Notes: generated from the sequence alone by a model not told the origin. A stretch of 64,000 nucleotides of DNA from Candidatus Limnocylindrus sp. (GCA_040397175.1 JBBAWM010000004.1:11586-75585), one strand, 5' to 3'; positions 38,075 through 49,011 are shown, counted from the first letter of the stretch. A program made the numbers and translations.

Positions 38075-39231
38075 CGAAGCGCGCACGTTCAACATCGGCA
38101 CGCCCCCTGGTCGAACTGCGTGGCATTAAGAAGTACTTCCCAATCAGCGGAAACATCCCGCTCATCCAGAAGCGACAGTACGTGAAGGCGGTCGATGGAG
38201 TTGACCTCGCGATCGCCCGAGGTGAGACCCTCAGCGTCGTCGGTGAGTCTGGCTCGGGGAAGACGACCCTTGGGCGTGTCACCCTCGGCCTCCAGAAGGC
38301 CACAGCAGGTGAAGTCTGGTTTGACGGCACCAAGCTGTCAGATCGCAGCACTGAGGAGCGACGTAAGTTGCGCCGACGGATGCAAATCGTCTTCCAAGAC
38401 CCATTCGGCTCGCTCAACCCACGACTTCCCGTCGGCGACCAGATCGAGGAGGGGCTCCTCGCGCACAACATTGGTAGCTTGGCGCAGCGCCGCCAGCGCA
38501 TGCGCCAGTCCCTCGAACTCGTCGGCCTACCCTCGGAGTATGCGGTGCGGTATCCGCACGAATTCTCGGGTGGACAGCGGCAACGGGTCGGCATCGCTCG
38601 CGCGCTCGCCTTGGACCCTGAGTTTGTCGTGCTTGACGAGCCGGTCTCTGCACTCGATGTGTCAATCCAGAGCCAAGTGCTCAATCTCCTTGCTGACCTC
38701 CGTGAGAAGAATGGGCTCACCTATATGTTCATTAGCCACAACCTTGATGTCGTTGGCTACTTCGCCGATCGCGTTGCCGTGATGTACCTCGGCAAGATCG
38801 TTGAGATTGGGCCAGTCGCCCAGGTCTTCACGAAACCGCAACATCCCTATACCGTCGCGTTGATCTCAGCGGTGCCAAAGGTCGCGGCTCACGACGTCAA
38901 AGACCGATTGATCCTCGAGGGCGAGATCCCGTCACCGATCAATCCGCCATCGGGTTGCCGCTTCCGCACGCGCTGCTGGCTCCGTGAACAGCTCGGCAAC
39001 CCAGAGCGCTGTTCCACCGAGGAACCGAAGCTCGTCTCGACCCTTCGAGATACCTCCGTAAGCGTTGCTTGCCACTTCCCACTTGCCGATGGAGCGGCTG
39101 CAACGACACAACGCGGACGGGCTGAAATTGCCCGTGCTGCAAAGGCCACGCGCGTCGCAGCGTCGAAGGCGGCTGATCCGGTCGCAAAGAAGAAGCGGCG
39201 CGCTACGCCAGGGAGTCAGCGCAGCGCCTAG
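38071..39231 (+). CDS. oppF: Peptide ABC transporter ATP-binding protein
   Basis: VGESGSGKT, YPHEFSGGQRQR, HPYT and PPSGCRFRTRC motifs. Confidence 0.94.
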   Translation: MTKRARSTSARPLVELRGIKKYFPISGNIPLIQKRQYVKAVDGVDLAIARGETLSVVGESGSGKTTLGRVTLGLQKATAGEVWFDGTKLSDRSTEERRKLRRRMQIVFQDPFGSLNPRLPVGDQIEEGLLAHNIGSLAQRRQRMRQSLELVGLPSEYAVRYPHEFSGGQRQRVGIARALALDPEFVVLDEPVSALDVSIQSQVLNLLADLREKNGLTYMFISHNLDVVGYFADRVAVMYLGKIVEIGPVAQVFTKPQHPYTVALISAVPKVAAHDVKDRLILEGEIPSPINPPSGCRFRTRCWLREQLGNPERCSTEEPKLVSTLRDTSVSVACHFPLADGAAATTQRGRAEIARAAKATRVAASKAADPVAKKKRRATPGSQRSA

Positions 39232-40775
39232 TCCTCTCGACGACCGCCCGCAGCCTCACCCTCAGCTTGCATGACGGCGCTGTAACGCGCACGCAGCTCT
39301 GACGCTTCGTCGGCGTTGGCGCCTCGTGGTTCAATGCGTTCGGAAGGCTGCGCAATGCGTTCGGCGGCCTCGACTAATCCATGAAAGTGACCAGATGCGA
39401 CGCCAGCGAGTGCCGCTGCCCCGGCCGCTGAGGCCTCGCGGTTCTGCCCGATCACGACTGGGACGGCAAAGAGATCGGCGCGCAGCTGCACCAGGGCGGC
39501 GGGCACCCGTTCGGCGCGAGAGAGCGGGCCCGGGGTAGCGCCTGTCGCGGGCCCCGAGAGCCGTACCTCGTTCACCGTGAGCCCTGCATCACGAGCAGGG
39601 GCCAGTAGGTGCGCTACAGCAAGCGCACCCCCCTCAATGGCGGCGCGTACGAAGTGCGCAGGGCCGTGCTCGCTCGTCATCCCAACGAATGCGTCGCTCG
39701 CCGTTGCTGGATCTGGCCAGCCTGCGCTCAGAATTGGTCGGGCCATGAGCCCTTCGGCGCCGAGCGGAAGCGCGGCCGCCGCTTCGAAGAGCGCGGTGCG
39801 CCGCTCTGGAGCCGCGGCGGCCTCCCCGGCGAGCAACTCTTGAATCACCCAATCAAGAAGTCGACCCGTTCCCGCAAACGCACCTCCCACAATCAGGAGG
39901 TCACCGAATGGGAGCGGGGCTGGCCCCGCCCAAAGTCGATGCTCAAGCCGCTCCATGACGCGTTGCGATGCGGCCGTTTCAACGGCGACCGCCACCCCGC
40001 CAGCGGTGCCACCAACATCGACGCCCGCCCCCGCGCTCGTCAGTCCCGCGCCGATCACCGCTGCAAGGCCATCATTCACCCCCGCCGCAATCGGGATCCC
40101 CGGGGTGAGCCCAAGCTCCGCAGCGGGAGCCGGCAGGAGGGTGCCGATTCGCGTGCCGGGGAACACCTCGGGCGGCATGGCACGCTCGTCAAGCCCCGCG
40201 GTCATGAGTGCGCTCCGATTGGTTGGTGAAAGGCTGCGCGCTGGATCCCAAAACGAACTCACCGCAACGCCAGAGAGACGGAAGGCGATGGCGTCCCACG
40301 TGGAGAGCAGCCAGGCGGAAACGGCGGCCGTGGCCACACGTTCACGCAAGAGCCAACGTGCTTTCGGCAACTCACCGAGGAGCCAGCCGCTTCGACCGAG
40401 CAGGGCAGCGAGGGCGACCTCGTCCTCCGCGGCCCGACGATCACGCCACATCAAGGCCGGCCCGGCGGCCCTACCGTCAGTCCGTACGGGGACAAGCGTC
40501 GGTCCGTGCCCGACCACACCGACGCCGAGCACCTCGACTCCTCCATCGCGCTCTGCGACCTGCAGTACTTCGTGCGTGGCGTCACAGAGTGCCTGCCACC
40601 AGCCATCGGGATCTTGCTCACGCAAATCTCTGGCCGATGCCGATGAGCTGGGCGGATTTGAGGCGCGCCGCGCTAAATGTCGTGGCGCACCTGTTTTCGC
40701 ATCGACCAGGAGCACCTTGACGGATCCGCTCCCAACGTCGAAGGCGAGGAGCCCTTGACGTGGAGCGTGACGCAT
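39228..40775 (-). CDS. FGGY-family carbohydrate kinase (xylulokinase-like)
   Basis: FDVGSGSVK, EQDPDGWW, W.DRRA, AAGVND and RAAIEG motifs. Confidence 0.82.
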   Translation of the reverse strand: MRHAPRQGLLAFDVGSGSVKVLLVDAKTGAPRHLARRASNPPSSSASARDLREQDPDGWWQALCDATHEVLQVAERDGGVEVLGVGVVGHGPTLVPVRTDGRAAGPALMWRDRRAAEDEVALAALLGRSGWLLGELPKARWLLRERVATAAVSAWLLSTWDAIAFRLSGVAVSSFWDPARSLSPTNRSALMTAGLDERAMPPEVFPGTRIGTLLPAPAAELGLTPGIPIAAGVNDGLAAVIGAGLTSAGAGVDVGGTAGGVAVAVETAASQRVMERLEHRLWAGPAPLPFGDLLIVGGAFAGTGRLLDWVIQELLAGEAAAAPERRTALFEAAAALPLGAEGLMARPILSAGWPDPATASDAFVGMTSEHGPAHFVRAAIEGGALAVAHLLAPARDAGLTVNEVRLSGPATGATPGPLSRAERVPAALVQLRADLFAVPVVIGQNREASAAGAAALAGVASGHFHGLVEAAERIAQPSERIEPRGANADEASELRARYSAVMQAEGEAAGGRRED

Positions 40776-40794
40776 ACGGTGCGCTGGCGCGCGG

Positions 40795-41478
40795 TTAGCG
40801 CGGACCGTCGCTCCGGCCGTGGTTCACATACCACCAGGCCGAAGGGAAGACACCAGCGGCGAGCGCGAGCTTAATCGCATCGCCGAGCAGGAACGGGGTA
40901 ACCCCCTTCTCGATTGCGACACCGATCTCGAGATGCTTAGCGGTGGCGAGCCATGGCACACCGAAAGAATAAATAATCAGGCTGCCGATTGCCATTGCGC
41001 CAACGGTGCCGATCACGCTGCGGTCCCAGCCGAGGTCGGCGAGTCGCCCAACGATCCATCCGGCGAAGAGCATCCCGACGAGGTAGCCGCCCGTGGGCGC
41101 GAACTGCAGCAGGCCCGCGTCGCTGGTGAAGAATTTCTCGATGCCGTGACTCCCGTCGCGAAAGACTGGGGCGCCGAGGATGCCGAGGGCGAGGTAGAGC
41201 GCCATGGAGGCGAGGCCGCGGCGCGCGCCAAGCGCAGCGCCAACCAGCAACACGCCGAAGGTCTGTCCGGTAATCGGCACGGGGGTGCCGGGGAGCGGGA
41301 TCACGATCTGCGCGGAGGCGGCCACGATCAGGGCGCCAACAACCGCAAGCGCGAGGCCCTGCAGGCGTGCACCGAGGCGCTCTCCAAGAAAGACAGGGAA
41401 GAAGAAGTCTCCCAGCGTCACGCCGTACTCAGCGGCGGGAATCCGACCCATGGCGGGTATCGCACGTCGAATCTGCAT
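40795..41478 (-). CDS. bioY: Biotin transporter S-component BioY
   Basis: VPITGQTFGV, LG..G.PVF, PTGGYLVG and PFLLGD.IK motifs. Confidence 0.92.
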   Translation of the reverse strand: MQIRRAIPAMGRIPAAEYGVTLGDFFFPVFLGERLGARLQGLALAVVGALIVAASAQIVIPLPGTPVPITGQTFGVLLVGAALGARRGLASMALYLALGILGAPVFRDGSHGIEKFFTSDAGLLQFAPTGGYLVGMLFAGWIVGRLADLGWDRSVIGTVGAMAIGSLIIYSFGVPWLATAKHLEIGVAIEKGVTPFLLGDAIKLALAAGVFPSAWWYVNHGRSDGPR

Positions 41479-41578
41479 CGTGAACCCTCCCTACGGGCGC
41501 CGCCCTTATGCGGAGGCGCCGACCCTCAGTCTACCCTGCGCCACCCCCCTCCCCGCAGGGTAAGATGGGCGCTGACGT

Positions 41579-41654
41579 GGTGGCCATCGTTCAATGGTTA
41601 GGACCGTGGTTTGTGGAGCCGCAGATGAGGGTTCAATTCCCTCTGGCCACCCCA
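41579..41654 (+). tRNA. tRNA-His (anticodon GTG) with encoded G-1 and C73
   Basis: G-GTGGCCA...TTGTGGA anticodon loop...GGTTCAATTCC...TGGCCAC-C-CCA. Confidence 0.95.
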
Positions 41655-41674
41655 CCACTCCTGAGGAGCCCAGC

Positions 41675-42964
41675 ATGCCCACCGTCACATCTCGCAGACG
41701 CTTGAGCAGGGATCCTGGCTTCCTCCGACTTTGGAGCGCCGAAACGATCAGCCACCTCGGCTCGAGCTTCAGCAACCTGGCCATGCCCATCGTGGCCATT
41801 CAGCTGCTCAACGCCGGCCCTATGGAGATCGCGTGGATCAACCTCGCTGACTTCCTCCCCTTTCTCGTCTTGGGGCTCCTGATCGGGGCACTCGTTGATC
41901 GACTGCCACGCCGCGGCATCTTGATCGTTGGCGACCTTGGACGAGCACTCCTGCTGCTCTCGCTCCCCATCTCATACGCGCTCGGCATCCTCTCCATTGC
42001 GCAACTTGTCGTCGTGGGGCTCTTACTCGGCACCTTGACCGTCTTCTTCGACGTTGCCTATCAGGCATACCTGCCGTCACTCATTCCGAAAGAGGATCTC
42101 GTTGAAGGGAACTCAAAACTCGAGATCAGTCGCTCTGCCGCGGGACTCCTTGGGCCGAGCCTTGCCGGTGCACTGATCGCCATCGTCAAAGCCCCCGCCG
42201 CGGTCGTGGTCGACGCCATCTCGTATGCGATCTCTGCACTCTTCATCTTCTCGATCAAGCCACATCACGAGTCTGTCGCCGAACAGCACGACGCCACAGC
42301 GCCAACCGAAACAACGCCGCACGCTTCGCTGCGATCCGACATTGCCGCCGGGCTGCGGTACGTTTTCGGTCACCCTGCCCTGCGCACGATCGGTGGCGCC
42401 ACGGCAACTGCAAACCTCTTTGGCACGATTGGCGGGACGGTACTACTGCTCTTCGCCTACAAGGTGCTGGTGCTCTCCGTGGCGCTCGTCGGATTTGCTG
42501 CGACGCTCGGCTCCGCCGGTGGATTGATCAGCGCCGTGTTCGCCGACAGGATCTCCAAGAGGCTTGGCATCGGTCGCACCATTGTCCTCACGATTCCGCT
42601 GGGCGGTCCACCGATGGCGGCGCTCGCCCTCTGCCAGCCCGGAAACGACCTACTGAACACCCTCGTCATTGGCGGGGGCTTCTTCGCGATGTCTGCCTCT
42701 GCCACGCTCTACAACATCAACCAGGTGAGCTTGCGCCAGGCGCTCACCCCACCAGAAATGGCCGGGCGGATGAATGCCACGATGCGCTGGTTCGTGTGGG
42801 GCACCATTCCGATCGGCGCGCTGCTCGGTGGCATCATTGGCACAAGCCTGGGCCTGCGTGAGGCGCTGATCATTGGCGGCATTGGCGCCTCCTTCTCATT
42901 CGTCCCACTCCTCTTTGGTCCGGTCTGGAAGATCAAGGAGATGCCGACGGGGGTCGCCCCGTAG
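41675..42964 (+). CDS. MFS transporter (MFS_3/EntS-like)
   Basis: GFLRLWSAETIS, GALVDR, AYQAYLPSL and GRMNATMR motifs; GAGGAG RBS. Confidence 0.9.
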   Translation: MPTVTSRRRLSRDPGFLRLWSAETISHLGSSFSNLAMPIVAIQLLNAGPMEIAWINLADFLPFLVLGLLIGALVDRLPRRGILIVGDLGRALLLLSLPISYALGILSIAQLVVVGLLLGTLTVFFDVAYQAYLPSLIPKEDLVEGNSKLEISRSAAGLLGPSLAGALIAIVKAPAAVVVDAISYAISALFIFSIKPHHESVAEQHDATAPTETTPHASLRSDIAAGLRYVFGHPALRTIGGATATANLFGTIGGTVLLLFAYKVLVLSVALVGFAATLGSAGGLISAVFADRISKRLGIGRTIVLTIPLGGPPMAALALCQPGNDLLNTLVIGGGFFAMSASATLYNINQVSLRQALTPPEMAGRMNATMRWFVWGTIPIGALLGGIIGTSLGLREALIIGGIGASFSFVPLLFGPVWKIKEMPTGVAP

Positions 42965-43063
42965 TAGCGTTACCAACACCCTGACGCTAGTGCGCTGATA
43001 GACTTCGCGACGCAGCCGTACGCGCGTTGCGCATGGCATACGTTGGCGGAGGGGGGAGCCTGG

Positions 43064-43699
43064 ATGCGATTTGGAAACGACGCACTCGGTGTGCGCCTCG
43101 CCGCCTTACTGGAGGCTGGGGACCTCAACGAGGTGGTCGTATCATCGGACCTCGTGATTCAGGCCGCCTACATGGAGTGGCGCCGTACCACCGTGCAGCG
43201 TCGTAACGGCGAACAATACGTGCGCTACATCGTTGGTCACCCAGGTGCTGTGGCCATCCTTGCCATTGATGCGGCCAGCGACGCGGCCGTCACGCCAGCG
43301 AGCGAGATGCTCTTCGTGCGCCAGTTCCGAGCGCCAGTCGGACAGCTCCTCCTTGAGGTGCCCGCTGGAACGCTCGACCTCCATGACGGCGTCACCGAGG
43401 AGTCGCAGTTGGCCGCAGAACGCGAGCTGGAAGAGGAGACCGGCCTTCGGGCAACCTCCTGGCGCCACCTCCAGAGCTTCTTCACCGCGCCAGGATTTAC
43501 CAGCGAGCGCATGGAGCTCTATCTCGCGCTTGGCCTCTCTGCGGCTGGCCCAGGCGCCCGCACCCCGGATGAAGATGAGGCCATCGAGGCGATCCGGCTG
43601 ACCATTGCCGAAGCGGTCGAAGCGGTCCGCCGGGGGGCCATCGCCGATGCCAAGAGCCTGGTGGCAATCGCCGCGGCGGAGCGCCTCGCCGCCCGATAA
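43064..43699 (+). CDS. Nudix hydrolase (ADP-ribose pyrophosphatase-like)
   Basis: HPGAV, RQFR, PAG...AAERELEEETG Nudix box and IADAKS. Confidence 0.9.
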   Translation: MRFGNDALGVRLAALLEAGDLNEVVVSSDLVIQAAYMEWRRTTVQRRNGEQYVRYIVGHPGAVAILAIDAASDAAVTPASEMLFVRQFRAPVGQLLLEVPAGTLDLHDGVTEESQLAAERELEEETGLRATSWRHLQSFFTAPGFTSERMELYLALGLSAAGPGARTPDEDEAIEAIRLTIAEAVEAVRRGAIADAKSLVAIAAAERLAAR

Positions 43700-43819
43700 C
43701 CCCCGCACGGCTCGTGCGTAAATCCCTCGTACGTTGCGATATCCGCACCCCTACCCCACCTTCGGTGCTAGAATCGTACCCACAGCGGTCCGCACTGCGG
43801 AATCCGCAGAGAAGGATGT

Positions 43820-45274
43820 ATGGATATGGCAATCGCACCGCTTCGGCACCTCGCGCCCACCTCGGCGCCGGCTCCCCATCGGGCCGAACCACCCCTTGGA
43901 CCCACCGTCCAGGTCGACCCCGCCCGCATTCGTGAGCTAACCGCCCGCGAGTCCGAGCGACTCGACGCGCGCACACAGGCCTCCGCTGCCGCCTACGAGC
44001 GCGCCAAGCGCTCCCTCGTTGGCGGTGTCTCGTCGAGCTACCAGAAGCGCGCGCCGTGGCCGATCTACCTTGACCGAGGACAGGGGCAGTACGTCTGGGA
44101 TGTGGATGGCCACCAGTACCTCGACGTGCACAACGGCATCGGCAGCATGGTGCAAGGGCATGCGCACCCGATCATTACCGAGGCCGTGGACCGCCGCATT
44201 CGCCTCGGCTCACACTTTGCCGCGCCGACCGAAGATGCCTACATCGTTGCGGAGCACCTCGCCGCCCGTTGGGGCCTCCCCCGCTGGCGCTTCGTGAACT
44301 CTGGCTCAGAGGCCACCATGGATGCGATTCGCCTCGCCCGCGGCATCACCCGTCGCGACGGGGTGATGAAGATCTTCGGCAGCTACCACGGGCATCACGA
44401 CGCCGTGATGGTCGACATCAGCCTCTCGGTGTACGAGGGAACAGACCGCGAACACTATCCTTCCATCGCCTACGGGAAGGGGATCCCTGATGTTGTCACA
44501 CAGATGACTACGGCGGTTCCCTTCAACGATGCGGGGGCGCTCGAGCGACGACTTGCCGAGCTGCAGAGTGAAGGTCGACTTCCTGCCTGCTTGATCATGG
44601 AAGCTGCGATGATGAATTGCGGCGTGATCTTGCCAGAGCCCGGATACCTTGCCGAGGTGCGACGCATTACCAAGAAGTTCGGCGTCATCTGGATTGTCGA
44701 CGAAGTCAAGACCGGCCTCACCGTTGCCGCTGGTGGTGCAACCGAACTCTTCGGCGTCAAGCCGGATCTTGTCTGCCTGGCGAAGGCGCTCGGCGCGGGG
44801 ATCCCGACCGGGGCGATTGGTGGCAGCGACGAGATGTGGGCAGCGGTTGATTCAGGCGAGGTCTACATGGTTGGCACCTTCAACGGCAACCCGCTCGCGA
44901 TGGCGGCGGCCCGCGCGAACCTCGAACGTGTGATGACGCCAGACGCCTATCGACATCTTGGCCAGCTGAACAGCCAACTCCTGGATGGCGCGCAGGGGAT
45001 CATTGACCGCTACAAGCTCGCCGCCTACGCGGTGGGAATTCAGTCGAAAGGCGTCATCACCTTCGCGAAGTCAAAGGTTGTGGACTATGAGTCATACAAG
45101 AGCGCCCAGCAGAAGGAGATCATCGATCTTGTCTGGCTCTGGAACATGAACCGCGGCATCTTCAGCACGCCAGGCCGCGACGAAGAGTGGACGCTCTCTG
45201 TGACCATGGCTCCGGCTGATGCTGATCACTACCTCGGTGTCTTTGAGGAGCTCGCCGCCGAACTGACGCGCTAG
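43820..45274 (+). CDS. Class III PLP aminotransferase (glutamate-1-semialdehyde aminomutase-like)
   Basis: WDVDG, FVNSGSEATM, GSYHGHHD, DEVKTG, LAKALG and GTFNGNPL motifs; substrate uncertain. Confidence 0.88.
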   Translation: MDMAIAPLRHLAPTSAPAPHRAEPPLGPTVQVDPARIRELTARESERLDARTQASAAAYERAKRSLVGGVSSSYQKRAPWPIYLDRGQGQYVWDVDGHQYLDVHNGIGSMVQGHAHPIITEAVDRRIRLGSHFAAPTEDAYIVAEHLAARWGLPRWRFVNSGSEATMDAIRLARGITRRDGVMKIFGSYHGHHDAVMVDISLSVYEGTDREHYPSIAYGKGIPDVVTQMTTAVPFNDAGALERRLAELQSEGRLPACLIMEAAMMNCGVILPEPGYLAEVRRITKKFGVIWIVDEVKTGLTVAAGGATELFGVKPDLVCLAKALGAGIPTGAIGGSDEMWAAVDSGEVYMVGTFNGNPLAMAAARANLERVMTPDAYRHLGQLNSQLLDGAQGIIDRYKLAAYAVGIQSKGVITFAKSKVVDYESYKSAQQKEIIDLVWLWNMNRGIFSTPGRDEEWTLSVTMAPADADHYLGVFEELAAELTR

Positions 45275-45303
45275 ACCCCTGCCGAAGGAATAGCCCTACG
45301 CCC

Positions 45304-47937
45304 TCAGCCTTCGCGATTGTCCTGCTGTCGCAGTACGCGCATCACGCCATCGCGCTCAAGCAGCGCAAATCGACGTAGGCGCGCCGCATCGACCGGGGGA
45401 ATTTCGTGCGTGGGGCTCGCAATGTTCTCGAGCAGCAGATCGATCGCTGCACGCATCTGGCTCGGCGCCCCCCACAGTCCAAGCGAGGCGCTGCGCGTGA
45501 CAAGGTCGCGCGCGAAGGTTGCATCGGCTGACCCGAGTGCAAGCAGTGCAGTCGGGATCTGGGCAACATATGGCGCTAGTAGTTCGTGTTGCCATGGCCA
45601 GGCAAACCCGCTCGCGGCGGCGAGGGTCTTTCGCACGCTGCCGTACCCATCAGCCCGAAGGATTCGCCCCCAGGTGGCACGCTTCGCTGCAACGTTTGGG
45701 GTTGCTGCCTCAGCGGCGAGGAGGGCGCGTTCGCCGCGGTCACTCGGATCCCTCAGCGCCTCTCGCTTGAGGCGCTCGACGATGTTCGGTGCCCCAAATG
45801 ATGCTGCGCGAATGAGGAGTGACCAGCGATGGTCCTGATCGATCTCCACCCCGTCGAGTGGTGTCTCACCCACCGCAACCTGCCAGGTCTCCTCGACATC
45901 CCGCGGCGTTACCGCAGCCAACACCATGACGCGCGACCAAACGATGCGCATCCCCTCACTACCGCCCGCCGCAAGCCGCGCGCGCGCGGTCTCAACGATA
46001 CGGCTCCCCCAACGCTCGCGCTCGCCGTCTGGCATGTACCGGAGAAGCAGGCTGCCGAGCGTTGACTCGACGATGCCCTGCACGATCGAGGAGTCCACCT
46101 CATGGGGTAGGCGATCGATGAGGAGTTGTGCGTAGCGCGCCGACGGGTATCGACCATCGCGCACGAGCTCCCAGATGGCCATCCACGTAAGCTGGCGAAG
46201 CAGCCCATCGGGGATTGCTTCGAGCCGTGACTCGGCAAACCGGAGCGTGACATCGTCGAGGGCGAGCTTGCCAACGGCGAGATCGTCATGGTTCGGAATC
46301 ACCGCGAGTGGGAGCGACCTCCCAACGGCGCTCGGCACGTCGGTGCGCGCCCCCGTTGCCAAAACCTCGTGCGGCTCGATGATGACGGCTGCACCCTCGC
46401 CCGGGTAGAGCAGGGCAACGCGGAGTAGGTGCTCGCGCAACACCTCGTCGCCAGACACCACCTCTTGGGTGACCGTTAGGCTGCCAATGGTGCCACTCGT
46501 GCTCGGGGTGATCAGGGCGCCAAGTCGGTTCGGCCCACTGGTGCGCAACCACTGATCGGACCAGGTGGCAAGCGAGATGCCGCTCCCCTCTTCAAGCGAG
46601 GCCAGGAAGTCGGCGAGGGTCGCATTGCCGAACGCGTGCCGCTGGAAATGCAGGCGGAGTCCCGCTGAGAAGCCCGCCCGACCGAGACGCGCGCCGAGCT
46701 GCTTGAGCACCGCACCCCCCTTGCCGTAGGTGATGCCGTCAAAATTCAAGAAGGTCTGATCGGTGTCGGCCACCGTTCCGGCAATCGGATGGGTGGTTGG
46801 CGAATCATCCTCGATGAGCGACCAGCGCTTCAACTGCACGTTGAACTCCTGCCAGGCGGTCGTATGCTCCGAGCCCTCCGTCAGGCAGAGGGCGGCAGCG
46901 TAGGTAGCAAACGACTCATTCAGCCAGAGGTCGTCCCACCAGCGCATCGTCACCAGGTTGCCGAACCACATGTGGGCGATCTCGTGGAACACCACCTCGG
47001 CGAGATCAGTGACGTCGCTTGGCGTTGGTGTGCTGCGGAAGATGTAGCGCTCGGTGTAGGTAATGAGGCCGACGTTCTCCATGGCGCCTACGTTGAACTC
47101 GGGGCAATACACGTGATCGAGCTTCTCAAAGGGATATTCACGACCGAAGAGTTCACCGAAGTAGAGGAATGCCTGGCTCGTCATCTTCTGGAAGAGGTCG
47201 TACGAGAGGTAGCGCTCCAAGGAGCCGCGTGACCAGAGGCCAACCTGCACCGGGGTGGCGCGGCCCGGAATCGACACCTCGAAGCGTCGCCCAACGAACG
47301 GGCCAGCAGCGAAGCTAAAGAGGTAGCTCGCAAGTGGTGGGGTCTCGGCGAAGGTGTGCAGCGTGACCCCGGCGCCGTCGGGGCGCGCCTCGGTCTCCGC
47401 GCCATTGGCGAAAACGCTCCACGCCGAAGGCGCGGTGACGGTCAGCGAAAGCTTCGCCTTGACGTCGGGTTGGTCGAAGATCGGCGCCATACGATGTGCC
47501 TCATAGGGCTCAAAGTTTGTGTACACGTACTCGGCCTGGTCCTCGGGATCGATGAATCGAAACACGCCATCGCCACCGGTGTCATATGCGTTTTCGAACG
47601 CAATATCGAGGATGTTCTCGGCGCCACCCTTCAGGTGAGCAGCTGGCAGCGTGAGGCGATAGCCGTTCCAATCAGGGACATCGATCGCGACGCCATTGAG
47701 TGTAAGCGCGTGAATCGTACGGCCACGGAAGCAAAGGAAGATCGATCCTGCGTGCCCAGCGGCAAGGGTGAAACGCGCGACGAGGTGCCCACGGAAGGTT
47801 CCCGCGTTGGCGGTTAGGTCGAGCCGAAGGTCGTAGCGCACCTGACTGACGGCCGCGGCGCGAGCTGCCGCCTCAACCTGCGTCAACAGATCGCGGGCGT
47901 CGGCGCCGGGAGTTTCAATCGTGAGGCTCACCGCCAA
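45304..47937 (-). CDS. pepN: Aminopeptidase N (M1)
   Basis: GAMEN and HEIAH-x18-E (HEIAHMWFGNLVTMRWWDDLWLNE); FDGITYGKG. Confidence 0.95.
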   Translation of the reverse strand: MAVSLTIETPGADARDLLTQVEAAARAAAVSQVRYDLRLDLTANAGTFRGHLVARFTLAAGHAGSIFLCFRGRTIHALTLNGVAIDVPDWNGYRLTLPAAHLKGGAENILDIAFENAYDTGGDGVFRFIDPEDQAEYVYTNFEPYEAHRMAPIFDQPDVKAKLSLTVTAPSAWSVFANGAETEARPDGAGVTLHTFAETPPLASYLFSFAAGPFVGRRFEVSIPGRATPVQVGLWSRGSLERYLSYDLFQKMTSQAFLYFGELFGREYPFEKLDHVYCPEFNVGAMENVGLITYTERYIFRSTPTPSDVTDLAEVVFHEIAHMWFGNLVTMRWWDDLWLNESFATYAAALCLTEGSEHTTAWQEFNVQLKRWSLIEDDSPTTHPIAGTVADTDQTFLNFDGITYGKGGAVLKQLGARLGRAGFSAGLRLHFQRHAFGNATLADFLASLEEGSGISLATWSDQWLRTSGPNRLGALITPSTSGTIGSLTVTQEVVSGDEVLREHLLRVALLYPGEGAAVIIEPHEVLATGARTDVPSAVGRSLPLAVIPNHDDLAVGKLALDDVTLRFAESRLEAIPDGLLRQLTWMAIWELVRDGRYPSARYAQLLIDRLPHEVDSSIVQGIVESTLGSLLLRYMPDGERERWGSRIVETARARLAAGGSEGMRIVWSRVMVLAAVTPRDVEETWQVAVGETPLDGVEIDQDHRWSLLIRAASFGAPNIVERLKREALRDPSDRGERALLAAEAATPNVAAKRATWGRILRADGYGSVRKTLAAASGFAWPWQHELLAPYVAQIPTALLALGSADATFARDLVTRSASLGLWGAPSQMRAAIDLLLENIASPTHEIPPVDAARLRRFALLERDGVMRVLRQQDNREG

Positions 47938-47940
47938 ATC

Positions 47941-49011
47941 CTAGCGGGTTGCTGGGGTGAGGGCGGCACGCCAGGCGGCGAGATCGACCTCACGGAGTCG
48001 CGGGGTTGCGGTCACCCCAGATGGTCGGCCGCGTTTCCCGATCGGCTGGCCATCGATCTCGTGAATGTCGGCGGTGAAATCAATCGGCCGAATTCCAGAG
48101 ATCGCGCTCCCGACGGCGTAGGTATCAACGCGTGACTTCGCCGCCTTAAACTCGGCGATGCGCTCCAACGAGAGGCCGCCCGAGATCACGATCTGTGCCG
48201 TCGCTGCACCGGCCGCATCGAGGGCGGCCCGCACCTCCGCGACAAGTGCAGGGGTGACGCCGCCAAGCTCACTCGCTCGATCAAGCCGAACGCCAGCAAG
48301 GGTGCCCCCGAGCGCGGCAGCAACACGCGTTGACTCCTCGGACTCATCGCGGAAGGTGTCCACGAGCACGATGCGTGGAACATCGCCCGCAATCTGTCGA
48401 TCAAAGGCGAGTGCAGCTTCGACCGTGTCGCCGTAGATCAGCACGAGTGCATGTGGCATGGTGCCGACCGGGAGCCGACCAGCACGCGCGCTCCCAGCGG
48501 TCGTCGAGGCACCCGTGGCGCCACCAATGATCGCGGCGTAATCGAGCCGATCAGCGACATTGGGGTGCACGTGCCGCGCCCCGAAGGCGATCACGGGCGT
48601 TGGGGCCGCAGCATCCACGATGGCGCGGGCGGCAGTCGCCCAACCTGTGCCGTGCGCCATCATTCCCAGATACGCGGTCTCGAGGCGAACGATTGACTGA
48701 TATGGCGCGCGAATACGTAAGACGACCTCCTTCGCCGCAATCTCATCGCCGTCTTTCAGCGCCCAGACCGTGGCGCGGCCGGCGGCTGCATCAGCTTCGA
48801 GCGCCAGTGAGAGGAGGCCCTTCGCTTCGTCAATGCCACAGAGGGTCGCTCCTGCGCGACGACAGAAGACCTCCATGGTGACGAGCGGGTTGCGCCCCTC
48901 CCCCGCCAAGACGCGTTCGGTGCGCAAGAAGTAGACGTCAGCGTTCTCGCCGGTGAGTAGTGCCGGGAGCGGCCTCGGGACGGGTCGCGTGGGTCGATCA
49001 AGTTCAGGCAT
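47941..49011 (-). CDS. pncB: Nicotinate phosphoribosyltransferase (short type)
   Basis: ADVYF, FGARH, GTMPHA, LVDTF, GVRLD and ISGG motifs; TATGCT 6 nt before ATG. Confidence 0.9.
   Translation of the reverse strand: MPELDRPTRPVPRPLPALLTGENADVYFLRTERVLAGEGRNPLVTMEVFCRRAGATLCGIDEAKGLLSLALEADAAAGRATVWALKDGDEIAAKEVVLRIRAPYQSIVRLETAYLGMMAHGTGWATAARAIVDAAAPTPVIAFGARHVHPNVADRLDYAAIIGGATGASTTAGSARAGRLPVGTMPHALVLIYGDTVEAALAFDRQIAGDVPRIVLVDTFRDESEESTRVAAALGGTLAGVRLDRASELGGVTPALVAEVRAALDAAGAATAQIVISGGLSLERIAEFKAAKSRVDTYAVGSAISGIRPIDFTADIHEIDGQPIGKRGRPSGVTATPRLREVDLAAWRAALTPATR

Noticed and set aside
43044-43055. TGGCGGAGGGGG matching the reverse complement of the tRNA-Ser 3' end (possible att remnant)
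   Set aside because: Only 12 bp and G-rich, doubles as the Nudix RBS region, no integrase, and the intervening genes are housekeeping
43820-45274. Naming the class III aminotransferase hemL
   Set aside because: The fold motifs match, but there are no neighbouring hem genes and the N-terminus lacks the typical GGVNSPVR; substrate left open
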